From assembly GCA_045535515.1 (NCBI GenBank), contig JAZSLT010000016.1:11598-75597 (forward strand): a stretch of DNA of 64,000 nt, given 5' to 3'. Source of the DNA: Clostridia bacterium (lineage in GTDB: Bacteria > Bacillota > Clostridia > UMGS1883 > UMGS1540). The stretch's first letter is position 1. Every line of letters starts with the position of its first letter. Below, in pieces: positions 54,038 through 63,587 of this stretch. The notes under the pieces are model-generated. The model saw nothing but the letters and a program-made list of their open reading frames with translations. It searched no databases and was not told where the DNA came from. Position numbers and translations under genes: made by a program.

Positions 54038-55405
54038 CTATATGGTAAGCATGCCAGCTTCCGTTTCCAGAAGCATTAAAACATCTTCCTCAGCGCCTGT
54101 TTCGGCATTCAGATAAATTAAAAAGGTATGATTTTCCATTTTGCATTTAAATTCCCAGCAAAGTGCCTCATCCTGCGTATCCCGCGGAATAACGGCCAGC
54201 TGCGCGCCTTCCACAAAAAGGGAGGGAGAAAGGCGCTTTTGTGCCTCCTCGCGGCTAAGACGGGGCGCGGGGAAATGGCGGACCGTATGATTGGCCGCGT
54301 ATCCTCCGGCCTCCATCCCTAAAATTTCGCCGTTGTCCATGGCTACAAGCACCTTGACAAGGTCGGGATAATACAGGATATCGGCTTCATAAAAGGCAAA
54401 ATTTATGGTGGCAATATTTTCGCGCAATTCAAAATAACTGTCGCGCATGGACGAAATACCGATGCTCTGCAAAAATTGATTTGCCCGTCCTTTGGCTTCC
54501 TCTATATCTATATTTTTCGAAGGGACGGAGCGATTGTCCAGCATCTCCAAAAGCATGCCGCCCTTTTTTGTAATTTGCAGCGTGAGCGTGCGGTCCTTAT
54601 TTTCTTTATCGGGCCGCACCGTGAACATATAGGTAGGCAGATGACCGCCTACCTCGCCGTCATAGGAAACATCAGAAAGGAGAGAGGGAGCTATAAAGGT
54701 AGAAAGGCGCGCACGCGCATCCTCAGGGGTAATATCCGTTGTGTTTTGGAGAAACAAGGTCTCCTTGTCCTGCACATGGTCGGAAAACGGCCCATCGTAA
54801 ATCAGCGAAGGATAGTCCTGAAACTGCGATTCCAGCTGCTGCATATCCGAGGCGAGCACATCGCCGGCACCGCCCCCGGGGTTATCAAAGTGAACAGCAC
54901 CGCTGTATAATTTTTGCTGTGTATCGTAAAGCCCGGACTCCAGCGCATTGGCATACCGGCAAAGAGAGAGCATCGTTTCGCGCTGCTCGGGGGTTATTAC
55001 GGGATTATCCATATAGCCGAGCGCCAGCATATAGGTAAAGTCGCCAACCTGCGAAAGGAATTTAGCCGTATTTTCAAGATTTGCATCGGAGAGGGGAAGC
55101 TGGCCAAGACAGGAGGAGGCGGCGGCCGTTTTGGCATATATGTCATTGGCAAGACGAACTACACTTTTGGGGCTGGATACGGCCGCGCATTTTAAAAGGG
55201 AGGTTTCTATCGTAGAAACATACTCCGCCAAATCATCAAACGCTCTTGTGTACTGGGAATCCAGCCTTGTTTTGTAGTCGGCGCTTACCTTCGCCTGATA
55301 CGAAAAGACGGCTACTACCGCCACCAGCAGTCCTACAATGACGGAATACATCTTCCGGTCGATAAGTCGTGTTTTAAAGCTTCTGAATTTCCGCAGAAAA
55401 GACAT
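54038..55405 (-). CDS. ypeB: germination protein YpeB
   Basis: QLPLSDANLENTAKFLSQVGDFTY parallels B. subtilis YpeB QLPLTLMPFNKTEEFLSNIGDFSY; C-terminal ITKKGGMLLEMLDNRSV parallels ITKKGGHPVYMIENREV. True start may be the internal MYSVIV. Confidence 0.75.
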   Translation of the reverse strand: MSFLRKFRSFKTRLIDRKMYSVIVGLLVAVVAVFSYQAKVSADYKTRLDSQYTRAFDDLAEYVSTIETSLLKCAAVSSPKSVVRLANDIYAKTAAASSCLGQLPLSDANLENTAKFLSQVGDFTYMLALGYMDNPVITPEQRETMLSLCRYANALESGLYDTQQKLYSGAVHFDNPGGGAGDVLASDMQQLESQFQDYPSLIYDGPFSDHVQDKETLFLQNTTDITPEDARARLSTFIAPSLLSDVSYDGEVGGHLPTYMFTVRPDKENKDRTLTLQITKKGGMLLEMLDNRSVPSKNIDIEEAKGRANQFLQSIGISSMRDSYFELRENIATINFAFYEADILYYPDLVKVLVAMDNGEILGMEAGGYAANHTVRHFPAPRLSREEAQKRLSPSLFVEGAQLAVIPRDTQDEALCWEFKCKMENHTFLIYLNAETGAEEDVLMLLETEAGMLTI

Positions 55406-55519
55406 AGTATCTTCCTTCCTTTTTAGCTATAGTCTTTCCGTTTGCGGAAGAAAATATGCCGCATTTAAAATAAAAAGTGCAAGGCCCGAAGGACTTGCAC
55501 TTTTTTCTGCAAAATAATA

Positions 55520-56386
55520 CTATGCGCGCTTTTTCTTCCAGTTTTCCTGCAGCACGACCCAAAGCGGGGTGGAAATGCAGATGGAAGAATAGGTGCCTAC
55601 CAGAACGCCGATGATAATGGGGAGAGAGAACTCACGGATGGAATCGATACCTAAAATGAACAATAACAAAATGGTAATGAGCGTTGTGATGGAGGCGTTA
55701 ATGGTTCTTGTCATAACCTGTCCGAGTGCTGAACCGGCAACCTCTGCAAACGGCAGACGGCGGTTATGCTTTCTGTTTTCGCGGACTCTGTCAAAAATAA
55801 CAATCGTGTTGTTGATAGAATAACCAACGATGGTTAAGATAGCCGCAACGAAGGTGGAATTAATCTGCATCCGGAATATGGCATATACAGCGATGAGCAC
55901 AAGAACATTATGCAAAAGGCCTAAAACAGCAGCCAGACCGGACTTAAAGTCGAAACGGAAGGTGATGTATACAAGCATGCACAAAACAGAATACAGGAGT
56001 GCTTTTAAAGCGTCTGTCAAAAGCTTTGTGCTGGCGGAAGCCGAAACATTGGTGGCTTCCTGCAGAGCCGTTTCGTCCAGTGCGTATTTTCCCTTGATGG
56101 CCTCTACAACCGCGTCGCGCTTTTCGGTTTCTATTTCTTCTGTTTTAATGGAAACCTCAGCCTCGCCAACCTTTTGTATCTGCGCGCTGACGCCGGCTTT
56201 TTCCTGAACAATGGCCGAAATATCATCATTGTTAAATTCCTTGCCGATGTTCATGCGGATTTCCGTACCACCCGTAAAGTCTAGACCGAAATTCAGGCCG
56301 CCGAAAGCAATATAAGCTACAATGCCCGCGAGAATTATAATGGCGGAAATTGCGAAGTAAATCTTTTTACCCTTTAAAATGTTCAT
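55520..56386 (-). CDS. secF: protein translocase subunit SecF
   Basis: 288 aa, 6 TM; N-term FGGLNFGLDFTGGTEI. Confidence 0.9.
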   Translation of the reverse strand: MNILKGKKIYFAISAIIILAGIVAYIAFGGLNFGLDFTGGTEIRMNIGKEFNNDDISAIVQEKAGVSAQIQKVGEAEVSIKTEEIETEKRDAVVEAIKGKYALDETALQEATNVSASASTKLLTDALKALLYSVLCMLVYITFRFDFKSGLAAVLGLLHNVLVLIAVYAIFRMQINSTFVAAILTIVGYSINNTIVIFDRVRENRKHNRRLPFAEVAGSALGQVMTRTINASITTLITILLLFILGIDSIREFSLPIIIGVLVGTYSSICISTPLWVVLQENWKKKRA

Positions 56387-57711
56387 TATGCCTGCACCTC
56401 CTTCTTAACCTTTACGCCAAAGGCGCTGCTCTTCTTCAGCCCCAGATTGAGGAAAATCTTGAGGAGCATGCGGGTAACAAATACAGCCGTGAGCATGCTG
56501 ACCACAACACCAATAGACAGCGTCCAGGCAAAGCCCTTGATAGAGCCTGTGCCAAATATGCCTAAAACAATAGCGGCGATAATGGTGGTGATATTCGAGT
56601 CGATAATCGCGGAGAGTGCGCGATGGAAGCCGGAATCTACGGCAGCGCGTGCCGTTTTGCCTGTGCGGAGCTCTTCCTTGATTCTTTCAAAAATAACAAC
56701 ATTTGCGTCAACCGCCATACCGACACCAAGCACGATACCGGCAATACCGGGCAGCGTAAGCGTACCGTTTACGCCAAGGAACGAGAAGTATCCCGAAATA
56801 ACCAGTACAACAACGCCAATGTAGCCGGTGAGCGCGATATCCGCAATCAGACCGGGAATACGGTATACAAGCAGCATAAACAGCATAACGAGCAAGATGC
56901 CGATGCCGGCCGCCATAAGGCTCGTTTCCAGTGCCTTATCACCTAAAGTAGGCCCAATGCTGCGAAGCTCTGCTTCTTTAAGTGCAAAGGGGAGCTGACC
57001 GCTCTGAATCTGGTTTGCCAGCGCCGAAGCCGTAGCCTCGGTAAAGTTGCCGCTGATAACACAATTATCCGTGGTAATCGGCTTGTCCACAGAAGGTCTT
57101 GAAATTTCTTCTTCATCCAGATAAATGGCAATAAAGTTCGTGCCATCGGTCTTTGCCGAAATCGTGGTGGTAGCGTCGGAGAACTTCTTCGTACCGTCGC
57201 TTGTAAACTCCAGCTCTACAAAATGCTGCATGGAGCCGTTTTCAGTGATTTGACCATAGCGGTAGGTGGCGCGTTTGACATCCGTTCCGCCTTCCATAAT
57301 CACATTACCGCTCGAGTCGCGGAATGTAAGCTTGGCGGTTGCGCCCAACATCTGAACGGCATCCTCCGGGTTTGAAATGTTCGGGATTTCAATCGAGATT
57401 GTTTTATTTCCGCGCTGTGCCACGGTAGCATCGTAGTACCCCTGGTTATCCAGACGGTTACGAACGACCGAGATAGCCGCATCCATATCCGTCTGCGAGG
57501 GGTCATCAGCATCCGCTTCGAAGGATATAATGGAACCACCTACAAGGTCCAGACCGCGTTTGATACCATATTCATCATCCAGTGCTTTCGGGAAATAGTA
57601 CTTGTCCCCCGTGAAAGGATTTTCAATGGTTACGCCACATACTGCCGTGAAAATCAGGGCGGCAATGACTAAAAGTGTCAAAACCAGCCCTATTATGCTT
57701 TTCGCTTTCAT
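56386..57711 (-). CDS. secD: protein translocase subunit SecD
   Basis: Start at MKAKSIIGLVLTLLVIA, 8 nt after GGAGGAG; 441 aa. Stop overlaps the secF start. Confidence 0.9.
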   Translation of the reverse strand: MKAKSIIGLVLTLLVIAALIFTAVCGVTIENPFTGDKYYFPKALDDEYGIKRGLDLVGGSIISFEADADDPSQTDMDAAISVVRNRLDNQGYYDATVAQRGNKTISIEIPNISNPEDAVQMLGATAKLTFRDSSGNVIMEGGTDVKRATYRYGQITENGSMQHFVELEFTSDGTKKFSDATTTISAKTDGTNFIAIYLDEEEISRPSVDKPITTDNCVISGNFTEATASALANQIQSGQLPFALKEAELRSIGPTLGDKALETSLMAAGIGILLVMLFMLLVYRIPGLIADIALTGYIGVVVLVISGYFSFLGVNGTLTLPGIAGIVLGVGMAVDANVVIFERIKEELRTGKTARAAVDSGFHRALSAIIDSNITTIIAAIVLGIFGTGSIKGFAWTLSIGVVVSMLTAVFVTRMLLKIFLNLGLKKSSAFGVKVKKEVQA

Positions 57712-57917
57712 TTGGGCAACTCCTCCTGTAAAAATAAAAAGTATTTGCATCTTTCCCCTTGTGCTGCACGAGGAAAAGATTTTTACTATTTTGCCGGTGA
57801 GAAGCTTGTCCCACCCATACAAACACGCGTCCCGGCTGTACCGGCCGGCAAACGGCAGATACATCCGCCGTGTCTTTTCGCAAAATGAGCATGGCCTTGC
57901 GGCCCGTCCGTTTTATC

Positions 57918-58325
57918 TTATCGTCTTTTTCGGCCGATATTTACGCCGATAATGCCACCCAGCGCGCCAAAGATAAGGCCGAGGGCAAAAAGCCTCATCG
58001 TACCCGCACCAATCGAAAAACTGCCGAAAACCAGCGCGGCAATCGTGTACGCCACCGCCACATAAAGCAAACCGCCAAGGCCGCCCAGCATAAAACCGCG
58101 TCCCGCTTTCTGCCGCGCAGAAAGAAAACCGGTTAAAAGGATGCAGAAAATGGTGGCGAGAAGGATAGAGGTGTCAGCCGCTCCCTCCGTCACAGGCCCC
58201 CAGGTGATGGCGGCCGCTAAAAAGCAAAGCGCCAGAAAGGTTACGACAAGAGAGATAAAAATTGGTTTTAAAACGGAAACAAAAAAACCGGGTGCCGCCA
58301 CAGGGGCGGCAGAATGTCTTGCCAT
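57918..58325 (-). CDS. small polytopic membrane protein (4 TM), function unknown
   Basis: 135 aa hydrophobic ORF between yajC and secD. Confidence 0.4.
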   Translation of the reverse strand: MARHSAAPVAAPGFFVSVLKPIFISLVVTFLALCFLAAAITWGPVTEGAADTSILLATIFCILLTGFLSARQKAGRGFMLGGLGGLLYVAVAYTIAALVFGSFSIGAGTMRLFALGLIFGALGGIIGVNIGRKRR

Positions 58326-58380
58326 ACTATATTCCCCTTTTCATAGAAATTACTGTATGTCTATGCAAGGGGATAGGGGA

Positions 58381-58662
58381 TTATTCCTTAATGGTCAAGC
58401 AACTTGCAATGGAAGTTTTGGAAAGGGTAATCACGGATTTTTCTGTGCCGCTTCCCGATTCTATAACAACCGTATCGTCTTTCAGTTTGACCACCTTACC
58501 GTGGATGCCGCCGATTGTGACAATCTTGTCACCAACCGCGAGGTTATCCAGCATAGTCTTCATGGCCTTCTGCTGCTTTTTCTGCGGACGGATAAGCATG
58601 AAATAGAAAAGGACAATCATCAGGACAATCCAGACAATACCGCCGATACTGCTTTCTTGCAT
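58381..58662 (-). CDS. yajC: preprotein translocase subunit YajC
   Basis: 93 aa; single TM followed by MLIRPQKKQQK, characteristic of YajC. Confidence 0.85.
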   Translation of the reverse strand: MQESSIGGIVWIVLMIVLFYFMLIRPQKKQQKAMKTMLDNLAVGDKIVTIGGIHGKVVKLKDDTVVIESGSGTEKSVITLSKTSIASCLTIKE

Positions 58663-58732
58663 AGTAGTACCTCCTTTATATATATGAATATATCTATTAT
58701 ACTGTTTTTTTTATCATTTGGCAAGGGATTTT

Positions 58733-59161
58733 TCAAAAAATTCCAAATTTCATAAGAAGGGCATCATCCGACGGGTTCTGGTAGTATTTTTTGCGCATAC
58801 CGATAACGGAAAAGCCGATTGTCGTGTAAAAGGAAATGGCCGTTTCGTTTTTGGCGCGTACCTCCAGAAAAACGGAAACATCCCGGCCAAGCTCGCGAAG
58901 GGCATACGAAAAGAGAGCGCGCGCGATGCCGCGCCGCCTTGCCGCGGGCGCGGTGGCAATAGACAGGATTTCCGCCTCATCCATGCACACCTGCAGAATA
59001 AGTGCACCCAAAATTGCCTCGCCCTCTTCCCATACCCAAACGACCATGGTGGGAGAGGACAACGCATCTTCCACATCTGATTTTTTCCAAGGGGAGGGCA
59101 TGCTTTCGTAAAACAAGGCGGCAATAGCCCCGGCGTCCTCTCGCCTCGCCGCGCGAATCAA
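58733..59161 (-). CDS. rimI: ribosomal-protein-alanine N-acetyltransferase (GNAT)
   Basis: GNAT acetyl-CoA motif RRRGIARALF. Probable TTG start at 59159-59161, 6 nt after GGGGAGG; overlaps the upstream phosphatase gene by 4 nt. Confidence 0.65.
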   Translation of the reverse strand: MIRAARREDAGAIAALFYESMPSPWKKSDVEDALSSPTMVVWVWEEGEAILGALILQVCMDEAEILSIATAPAARRRGIARALFSYALRELGRDVSVFLEVRAKNETAISFYTTIGFSVIGMRKKYYQNPSDDALLMKFGIF

Positions 59162-59577
59162 AGGGAAACCTCCCCGGAAAGGCGGGCAAGCTTTTCGGCA
59201 CATTCGCGATAAACCTCTATATCGCCGCCAAACGGGTCCTCCAAATCGCCCTTTCCGCCGGCATAGGAACTAAACAGGAAGATTTTATCCCGCGCTGCCG
59301 GAAAAAGCGTATGCAATATAGCCAGGTGTCCGCTTGTCATCGTCAAAATAACATCGGCCGCCTCCACCAGCTTATCGGTAAGCTGGCGGCTCTGGTGCGA
59401 AGAAATATCAAGACCGTATTCCTGCATGACGGTTATGGCATTTTCGGCCGCCGGCGCTGGATATAAAACGGAAAGGCCGGCAGAGCTTACCTGATGCGCC
59501 GCATGGTCCTTGCGGAAAAGTGCCTCCGCCATCGGACTGCGGCAGGTATTCCCTGTGCAAACAAAAATAATGTTCAT
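59158..59577 (-). CDS. low-molecular-weight protein arginine/tyrosine phosphatase (YwlE-like)
   Basis: N-terminal CTGNTCRS (CX5R) P-loop and DP motif. Confidence 0.8.
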   Translation of the reverse strand: MNIIFVCTGNTCRSPMAEALFRKDHAAHQVSSAGLSVLYPAPAAENAITVMQEYGLDISSHQSRQLTDKLVEAADVILTMTSGHLAILHTLFPAARDKIFLFSSYAGGKGDLEDPFGGDIEVYRECAEKLARLSGEVSL

Positions 59578-59589
59578 GCTTTCATCCTC

Positions 59590-60573
59590 TTATATCGTTT
59601 TACCGCCTGCCGCTTTGAAAAGGCGGTTTCGTACAGCATCGCCCATGCCGCCTTCCTTTGGCGGTATGGCAAAAATTACATCCGCACCGGCCTCGTCAAA
59701 CGCCCGAAGGGCATAGAAAAGGCGGGCGGCATATTCGGCGGCGGTATGGCCGGCCGAAATGGTAACGGGAAGGGAAAGCTCCCCTTCTCCGTAGCGCAAA
59801 AGTCCGGGGCGCTTATAGGCAGAGGCTACCTGCACAATCCGCTCCGCCGCATTTTCACCCTCCGCAATAAAAACAGGCGCTTTCGGTGCGTAATGCGTAT
59901 ACTTCATACCGGGACTCTTCGGTGCGCTTTCTCCCGTTCCGAAAACCACCGCTCCGATTTCCTCCTCCAGCTCCTCGCGCGTGACGGCGCCGGGGCGGAG
60001 GATGGCAGGCGGTGTTACCGTTACATCCAAAACAGTCGATTCCACACCCCAAAGACAATCGCCACCGTCAATAATGCAATCGGCGCGCCCCTCCATATCC
60101 GCCAAAACATGGGCGGCCCTTGTGGGGCTGGGCTTGCCGGAAAGATTGGCGCTGGGCGCGGCAATCGGAAGGCCCGCAAGACGGATTAAGGCATTGGCGA
60201 CAGGGTGGGACGGCATGCGGACGGCCACAGTAGGAAGTCCGGCCGTAACGGAAAGTGGAATTTTATCCGATTTCGGTAAAATTAAGGTCAGAGGACCACC
60301 CCAAAAACGCGTCATCAGCTTCTTGGCAAGCGGGGTGACAGTACAGATGTCCTGCAGCTGCGCCATATCCGCCACATGCACAATGAGGGGGTTATCCTGC
60401 GGCCGCCCTTTCGCTTTGAATATTTTGGCTACCGCCGCCTCGTCAAAGGCACTCGCGCCAAGACCATATACCGTTTCCGTCGGGAAAGCGCAAATGCCGC
60501 CGCTTTTTAATATAGCGGCGGCAGGTACGAGCAGTTCCTCTTTAAACGAATGGGGACACACCCGAATTTGCAT
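59590..60573 (-). CDS. tsaC: L-threonylcarbamoyladenylate synthase (Sua5/YwlC)
   Basis: YrdC domain (AFPTETVYGLGA) plus C-terminal Sua5 domain; 327 aa. Confidence 0.85.
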   Translation of the reverse strand: MQIRVCPHSFKEELLVPAAAILKSGGICAFPTETVYGLGASAFDEAAVAKIFKAKGRPQDNPLIVHVADMAQLQDICTVTPLAKKLMTRFWGGPLTLILPKSDKIPLSVTAGLPTVAVRMPSHPVANALIRLAGLPIAAPSANLSGKPSPTRAAHVLADMEGRADCIIDGGDCLWGVESTVLDVTVTPPAILRPGAVTREELEEEIGAVVFGTGESAPKSPGMKYTHYAPKAPVFIAEGENAAERIVQVASAYKRPGLLRYGEGELSLPVTISAGHTAAEYAARLFYALRAFDEAGADVIFAIPPKEGGMGDAVRNRLFKAAGGKTI

Positions 60574-60578
60574 TTGTA

Positions 60579-62513
60579 TTACCTCGCTTTGGAAGAAATC
60601 TCTTCCGTAATCTGGTCCATGAAGTCGGCAAGCGACATAGAACCCTTGTCCCCGTCACGACGGCTGCGGACGGAAACGGAGCCGGTTTCCTTTTCGGATT
60701 CGCCTACAATCAGCATATACGGCGTTTTTTCCAGCTGGGCAGAGCGGATTTTATAGCCGATTTTCTCGTCACGATTATCCGCCTCTGCGCGAACGCCCGA
60801 TTTGCGGAGCGCGTCGCACACTTCGTTGGCATAGTCGAGATACTTCTCGCTTATCGGGAGAACCTTAACCTGCAGGGGCGCCATCCAGGTAGGCAGAGCG
60901 CCTGCGTATTTCTCCAGAAGAAGCGCAATCGTGCGCTCGTAGCAACCGATAGAGGTTCTGTGAATGATGTAGGGGTTCTTCTTCGTGCCGTCTACATCCG
61001 TATATTCCATGCCAAATTGTTTGGCCAGCATCTGGTCAACCTGCAGGGTGATGAGGGTGTCCTCCTTGCCGTGTACATTCTTAATCTGAATGTCAAGCTT
61101 CGGCCCGTAGAAGGCGGCCTCGCCGATACCGATTTTATAGTCAATACCCAGGCGGTCTAAAATGTTTTTCATAACGCCCTGTGCCTCGTCCCATTGTGCA
61201 TCGGTACCGATATACTTTTCGCGGTTATCCGGGTCCCACTGGGAGAAACGATAGCTTACATCCTCGGCAAGACCAATCGTTTCGAGCATATAGTTTGCAA
61301 GCTCCAGACAGCGGCCGAATTCGCCCTCCAGCTGTTCGGGCGTACACATTAAATGCCCTTCGGAAATGGTAAACTGACGAACGCGGATAAGGCCGTGCAT
61401 TTCGCCCGAAGCCTCATTCCGGAAGAGGGTAGAGGTTTCGGCAAGGCGCATCGGCAGGTCACGGTAAGAGCGGCCGCGGTTTAAATAGGCCTGATACTGG
61501 AAGGGACAGGTCATCAAACGAAGGGCAAACACCTCATCGTCACTCTCCGGGTCGCCTAAAACAAACATACCATCGCGATAATGGTCCCAATGTCCCGAAA
61601 TCTTATAAAGGTCACTTTTGGCCATGAGCGGCGTTTTCGTGCGTTGCCAGCCCCAGGCCTCCTCGGTGTCCTCCACAAAGCGCTGCAGGGTCTGCATCAG
61701 CATCGCCCCTTTTGGGAGCATAATGGGAAGGCCTTGACCGATAACATCCGAGGTTGTGAAATATTCCAAATCGCGGCCGATTTTATTATGGTCGCGCTTT
61801 TTCGCTTCTTCGAGTGCTTCCAGATAAGCCGTAAGGTCGGCATTTTTCGGGAAAGCCGTACCGTAAATGCGCTGGAGCATTTTATTTTTTTCGTTGCCGC
61901 GCCAGTACGCACCCGTAACGCTGAGAAGGCGAAAAGCCTTCAGCTTGCCGGTGGAGGGCAGATGGGGGCCGGCGCAAAGGTCGGTAAATTCGCCCTGCTC
62001 ATAGAAGGAAAGCTCCGCATCCTCCGGTAAATCCTCAATCAGCTCTACCTTATAAGGCTCGTTCTTCTCCTGCATAAGCGCAAGCGCCTCTTTCCGGGGC
62101 AGAACAAAGCGACGGATAGGCAAATCTTCTTTGATAATTTTTTTCATTTCCGCAGAAATGCTTTCCAAATCCTCCATGGAAAGATTGGTTTCCATGTCAA
62201 TATCATAGTAGAAACCATTTTCAATGGCCGGACCGATAGCGAGCTTTGCCGCGGGGTACAGACGCTTTATGGCCTGCGCCAGCACATGGGAGGCCGTGTG
62301 ACGGTAGACAAGCTTGCCCTCTTCGCTGTCAAAGGTGAGGATTTCTACCACAGCATCCTTGGTAATAGGCATATCCAGCGCGCAAACTGCGCCGTCTACC
62401 TTTACGGCCAGCGCCGCGCGGTATAAGCCTTCGCTGATGCTTTTAGCAATGTCGCCGCCGCAAACGCCGCTTTCAAAGGAATGCACTTCATCGCGCAAAG
62501 TAATTTTCAACAT
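60579..62513 (-). CDS. thrS: threonine--tRNA ligase
   Basis: TGS, second additional domain, class II core and anticodon-binding domains. Start at MLKITLRD (ATG 62511-62513), preceded by a GGTGA SD. Confidence 0.9.
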   Translation of the reverse strand: MLKITLRDEVHSFESGVCGGDIAKSISEGLYRAALAVKVDGAVCALDMPITKDAVVEILTFDSEEGKLVYRHTASHVLAQAIKRLYPAAKLAIGPAIENGFYYDIDMETNLSMEDLESISAEMKKIIKEDLPIRRFVLPRKEALALMQEKNEPYKVELIEDLPEDAELSFYEQGEFTDLCAGPHLPSTGKLKAFRLLSVTGAYWRGNEKNKMLQRIYGTAFPKNADLTAYLEALEEAKKRDHNKIGRDLEYFTTSDVIGQGLPIMLPKGAMLMQTLQRFVEDTEEAWGWQRTKTPLMAKSDLYKISGHWDHYRDGMFVLGDPESDDEVFALRLMTCPFQYQAYLNRGRSYRDLPMRLAETSTLFRNEASGEMHGLIRVRQFTISEGHLMCTPEQLEGEFGRCLELANYMLETIGLAEDVSYRFSQWDPDNREKYIGTDAQWDEAQGVMKNILDRLGIDYKIGIGEAAFYGPKLDIQIKNVHGKEDTLITLQVDQMLAKQFGMEYTDVDGTKKNPYIIHRTSIGCYERTIALLLEKYAGALPTWMAPLQVKVLPISEKYLDYANEVCDALRKSGVRAEADNRDEKIGYKIRSAQLEKTPYMLIVGESEKETGSVSVRSRRDGDKGSMSLADFMDQITEEISSKAR

Positions 62514-62548
62514 AAGAATCACCGCTTCTCTCAAGTTATATACAAAAT

Positions 62549-62578
62549 ATTATACGCTTTTTGCCCGTTATTGTCAAT
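62549..62578 (-). promoter_or_regulatory. sigma-A promoter of thrS with short leader
   Basis: Minus strand TTGACA, 18 nt, TATAAT, about 35 nt upstream of the thrS ATG. Confidence 0.5.
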
Positions 62579-62626
62579 GATAAATCCTCAAAAAACTCTT
62601 TTTTTAATGGAAAAGAAAAAAATTCA

Positions 62627-62655
62627 AAGTTTTTCTTGACATATAATTCCGACTA
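62627..62655 (+). promoter_or_regulatory. sigma-A promoter of rpsU
   Basis: TTGACA, 17 nt, TATAAT; about 135 nt leader. Confidence 0.55.
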
Positions 62656-62790
62656 TTGTATAATATGTATGTTTATGGTAGTTATTGAGATGCTTTTTTA
62701 CATGTGGAAACGGGATGCCGCAAGGCTGTGTACTTAGCATATTACCGTAAAATATTCCCGAATTTGTAGTACTCGGAGGGAGGGATTTAG

Positions 62791-62967
62791 ATGTCGGAAA
62801 TCAGAATTAAAGATAATGAATCTTTAGATAGCGCATTGCGCAGATTTAAGCGCCAGTGTGCAAAGTCCGGTGTTCTGTCTGAAATCAGAAAGAGAGAACA
62901 TTATGAAAAGCCAAGCGTAAAGCGTAAGAAAAAGTCGGAAGCGGCAAGAAAGCGCAAGTTTAAGTAA
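62791..62967 (+). CDS. rpsU: 30S ribosomal protein S21 (not in ORF track)
   Basis: Manual translation gives [58 protein letters not shown] after GGAGGGAGGG. Terminator at 62971-62998. Confidence 0.85.
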   Translation: MSEIRIKDNESLDSALRRFKRQCAKSGVLSEIRKREHYEKPSVKRKKKSEAARKRKFK

Positions 62968-63105
62968 GAGAAAAGCGGCCAGCATGGGCCGCTTTTTTAA
63001 TGGTCTATACCGCGGAAACGGAAAATAGGAGGCATGGAAAAAATTTTTTAAAAAAGTATTGACAAATGTTTTTGTCTGTGGTATTATAACAAAGTCGCAA
63101 GAAAC

Positions 63106-63181
63106 GCGCCATTAGCTCAGCTGGTAGAGCAACTGACTCTTAATCAGTGGGTCCCGGGTTCGAGTCCCTGATGGCGCACCA
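63106..63181 (+). tRNA. tRNA-Lys (anticodon CUU)
   Basis: GCGCCAT/ATGGCGC acceptor, D-arm GCTC-AGCTGGTA-GAGC, anticodon stem ACTGA/TCAGT with loop CTCTTAA, T-loop TTCGAGT, 3' CCA. One T-stem mismatch. Confidence 0.75.
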
Positions 63182-63183
63182 AA

Positions 63184-63227
63184 GAAACAGAACGATTTAG
63201 ATGATATTCTTGATCGTTCTGTTTTTT
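63184..63227 (+). terminator. intrinsic terminator after tRNA-Lys
   Basis: AACAGAACGAT...ATCGTTCTGTT 11-bp stem followed by a T-run. Confidence 0.7.
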
Positions 63228-63251
63228 ATATAAAGTATGTTTTTAAAACGC

Positions 63252-63385
63252 TTGAAATGTTTATAAAATTATGATATAATTATTATGCTACATACTATAC
63301 TTATAATGGTGTAGGTATATTTTTTTATCGCAAAGTGTACGCTATATAGGTAAAAGCGTACACTCTGACACAAACTTTGCGATAA
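63252..63385 (+). promoter_or_regulatory. extended -10 promoter followed by nested palindrome (candidate operator)
   Basis: TTGAAA, 17 nt, then TGaTATAAT (63252-63280). After that TTATCGCAAAGT (63325-36) and its complement ACTTTGCGATAA (63374-85) enclose GTGTACGC (63336-43) and GCGTACAC (63356-63). Confidence 0.5.
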
Positions 63386-63587
63386 AGTATATGTAAGTAT
63401 AAGTGTGTAGCAACCTTATCGTCAGAGCTTGTATGTTTTTCGTGCGTAGCTCTGAAATATGGGCTGCGCATTTTTTTGAAATAATAATGATATAATGCTT
63501 TTAGGACGTAATGAATAATTAACTTTAATTTTAAAACTTACAGTGTTATAATGGAGTTGCTCATATATAAAATATGGAGATATGTAA

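Noticed and set aside
62535-62790. T-box leader for thrS
   Set aside because: I searched both strands for the AGGGTGGnACCGCG T-box and a Thr (ACC) specifier hairpin and found none. The interval instead holds two back-to-back sigma-A promoters.
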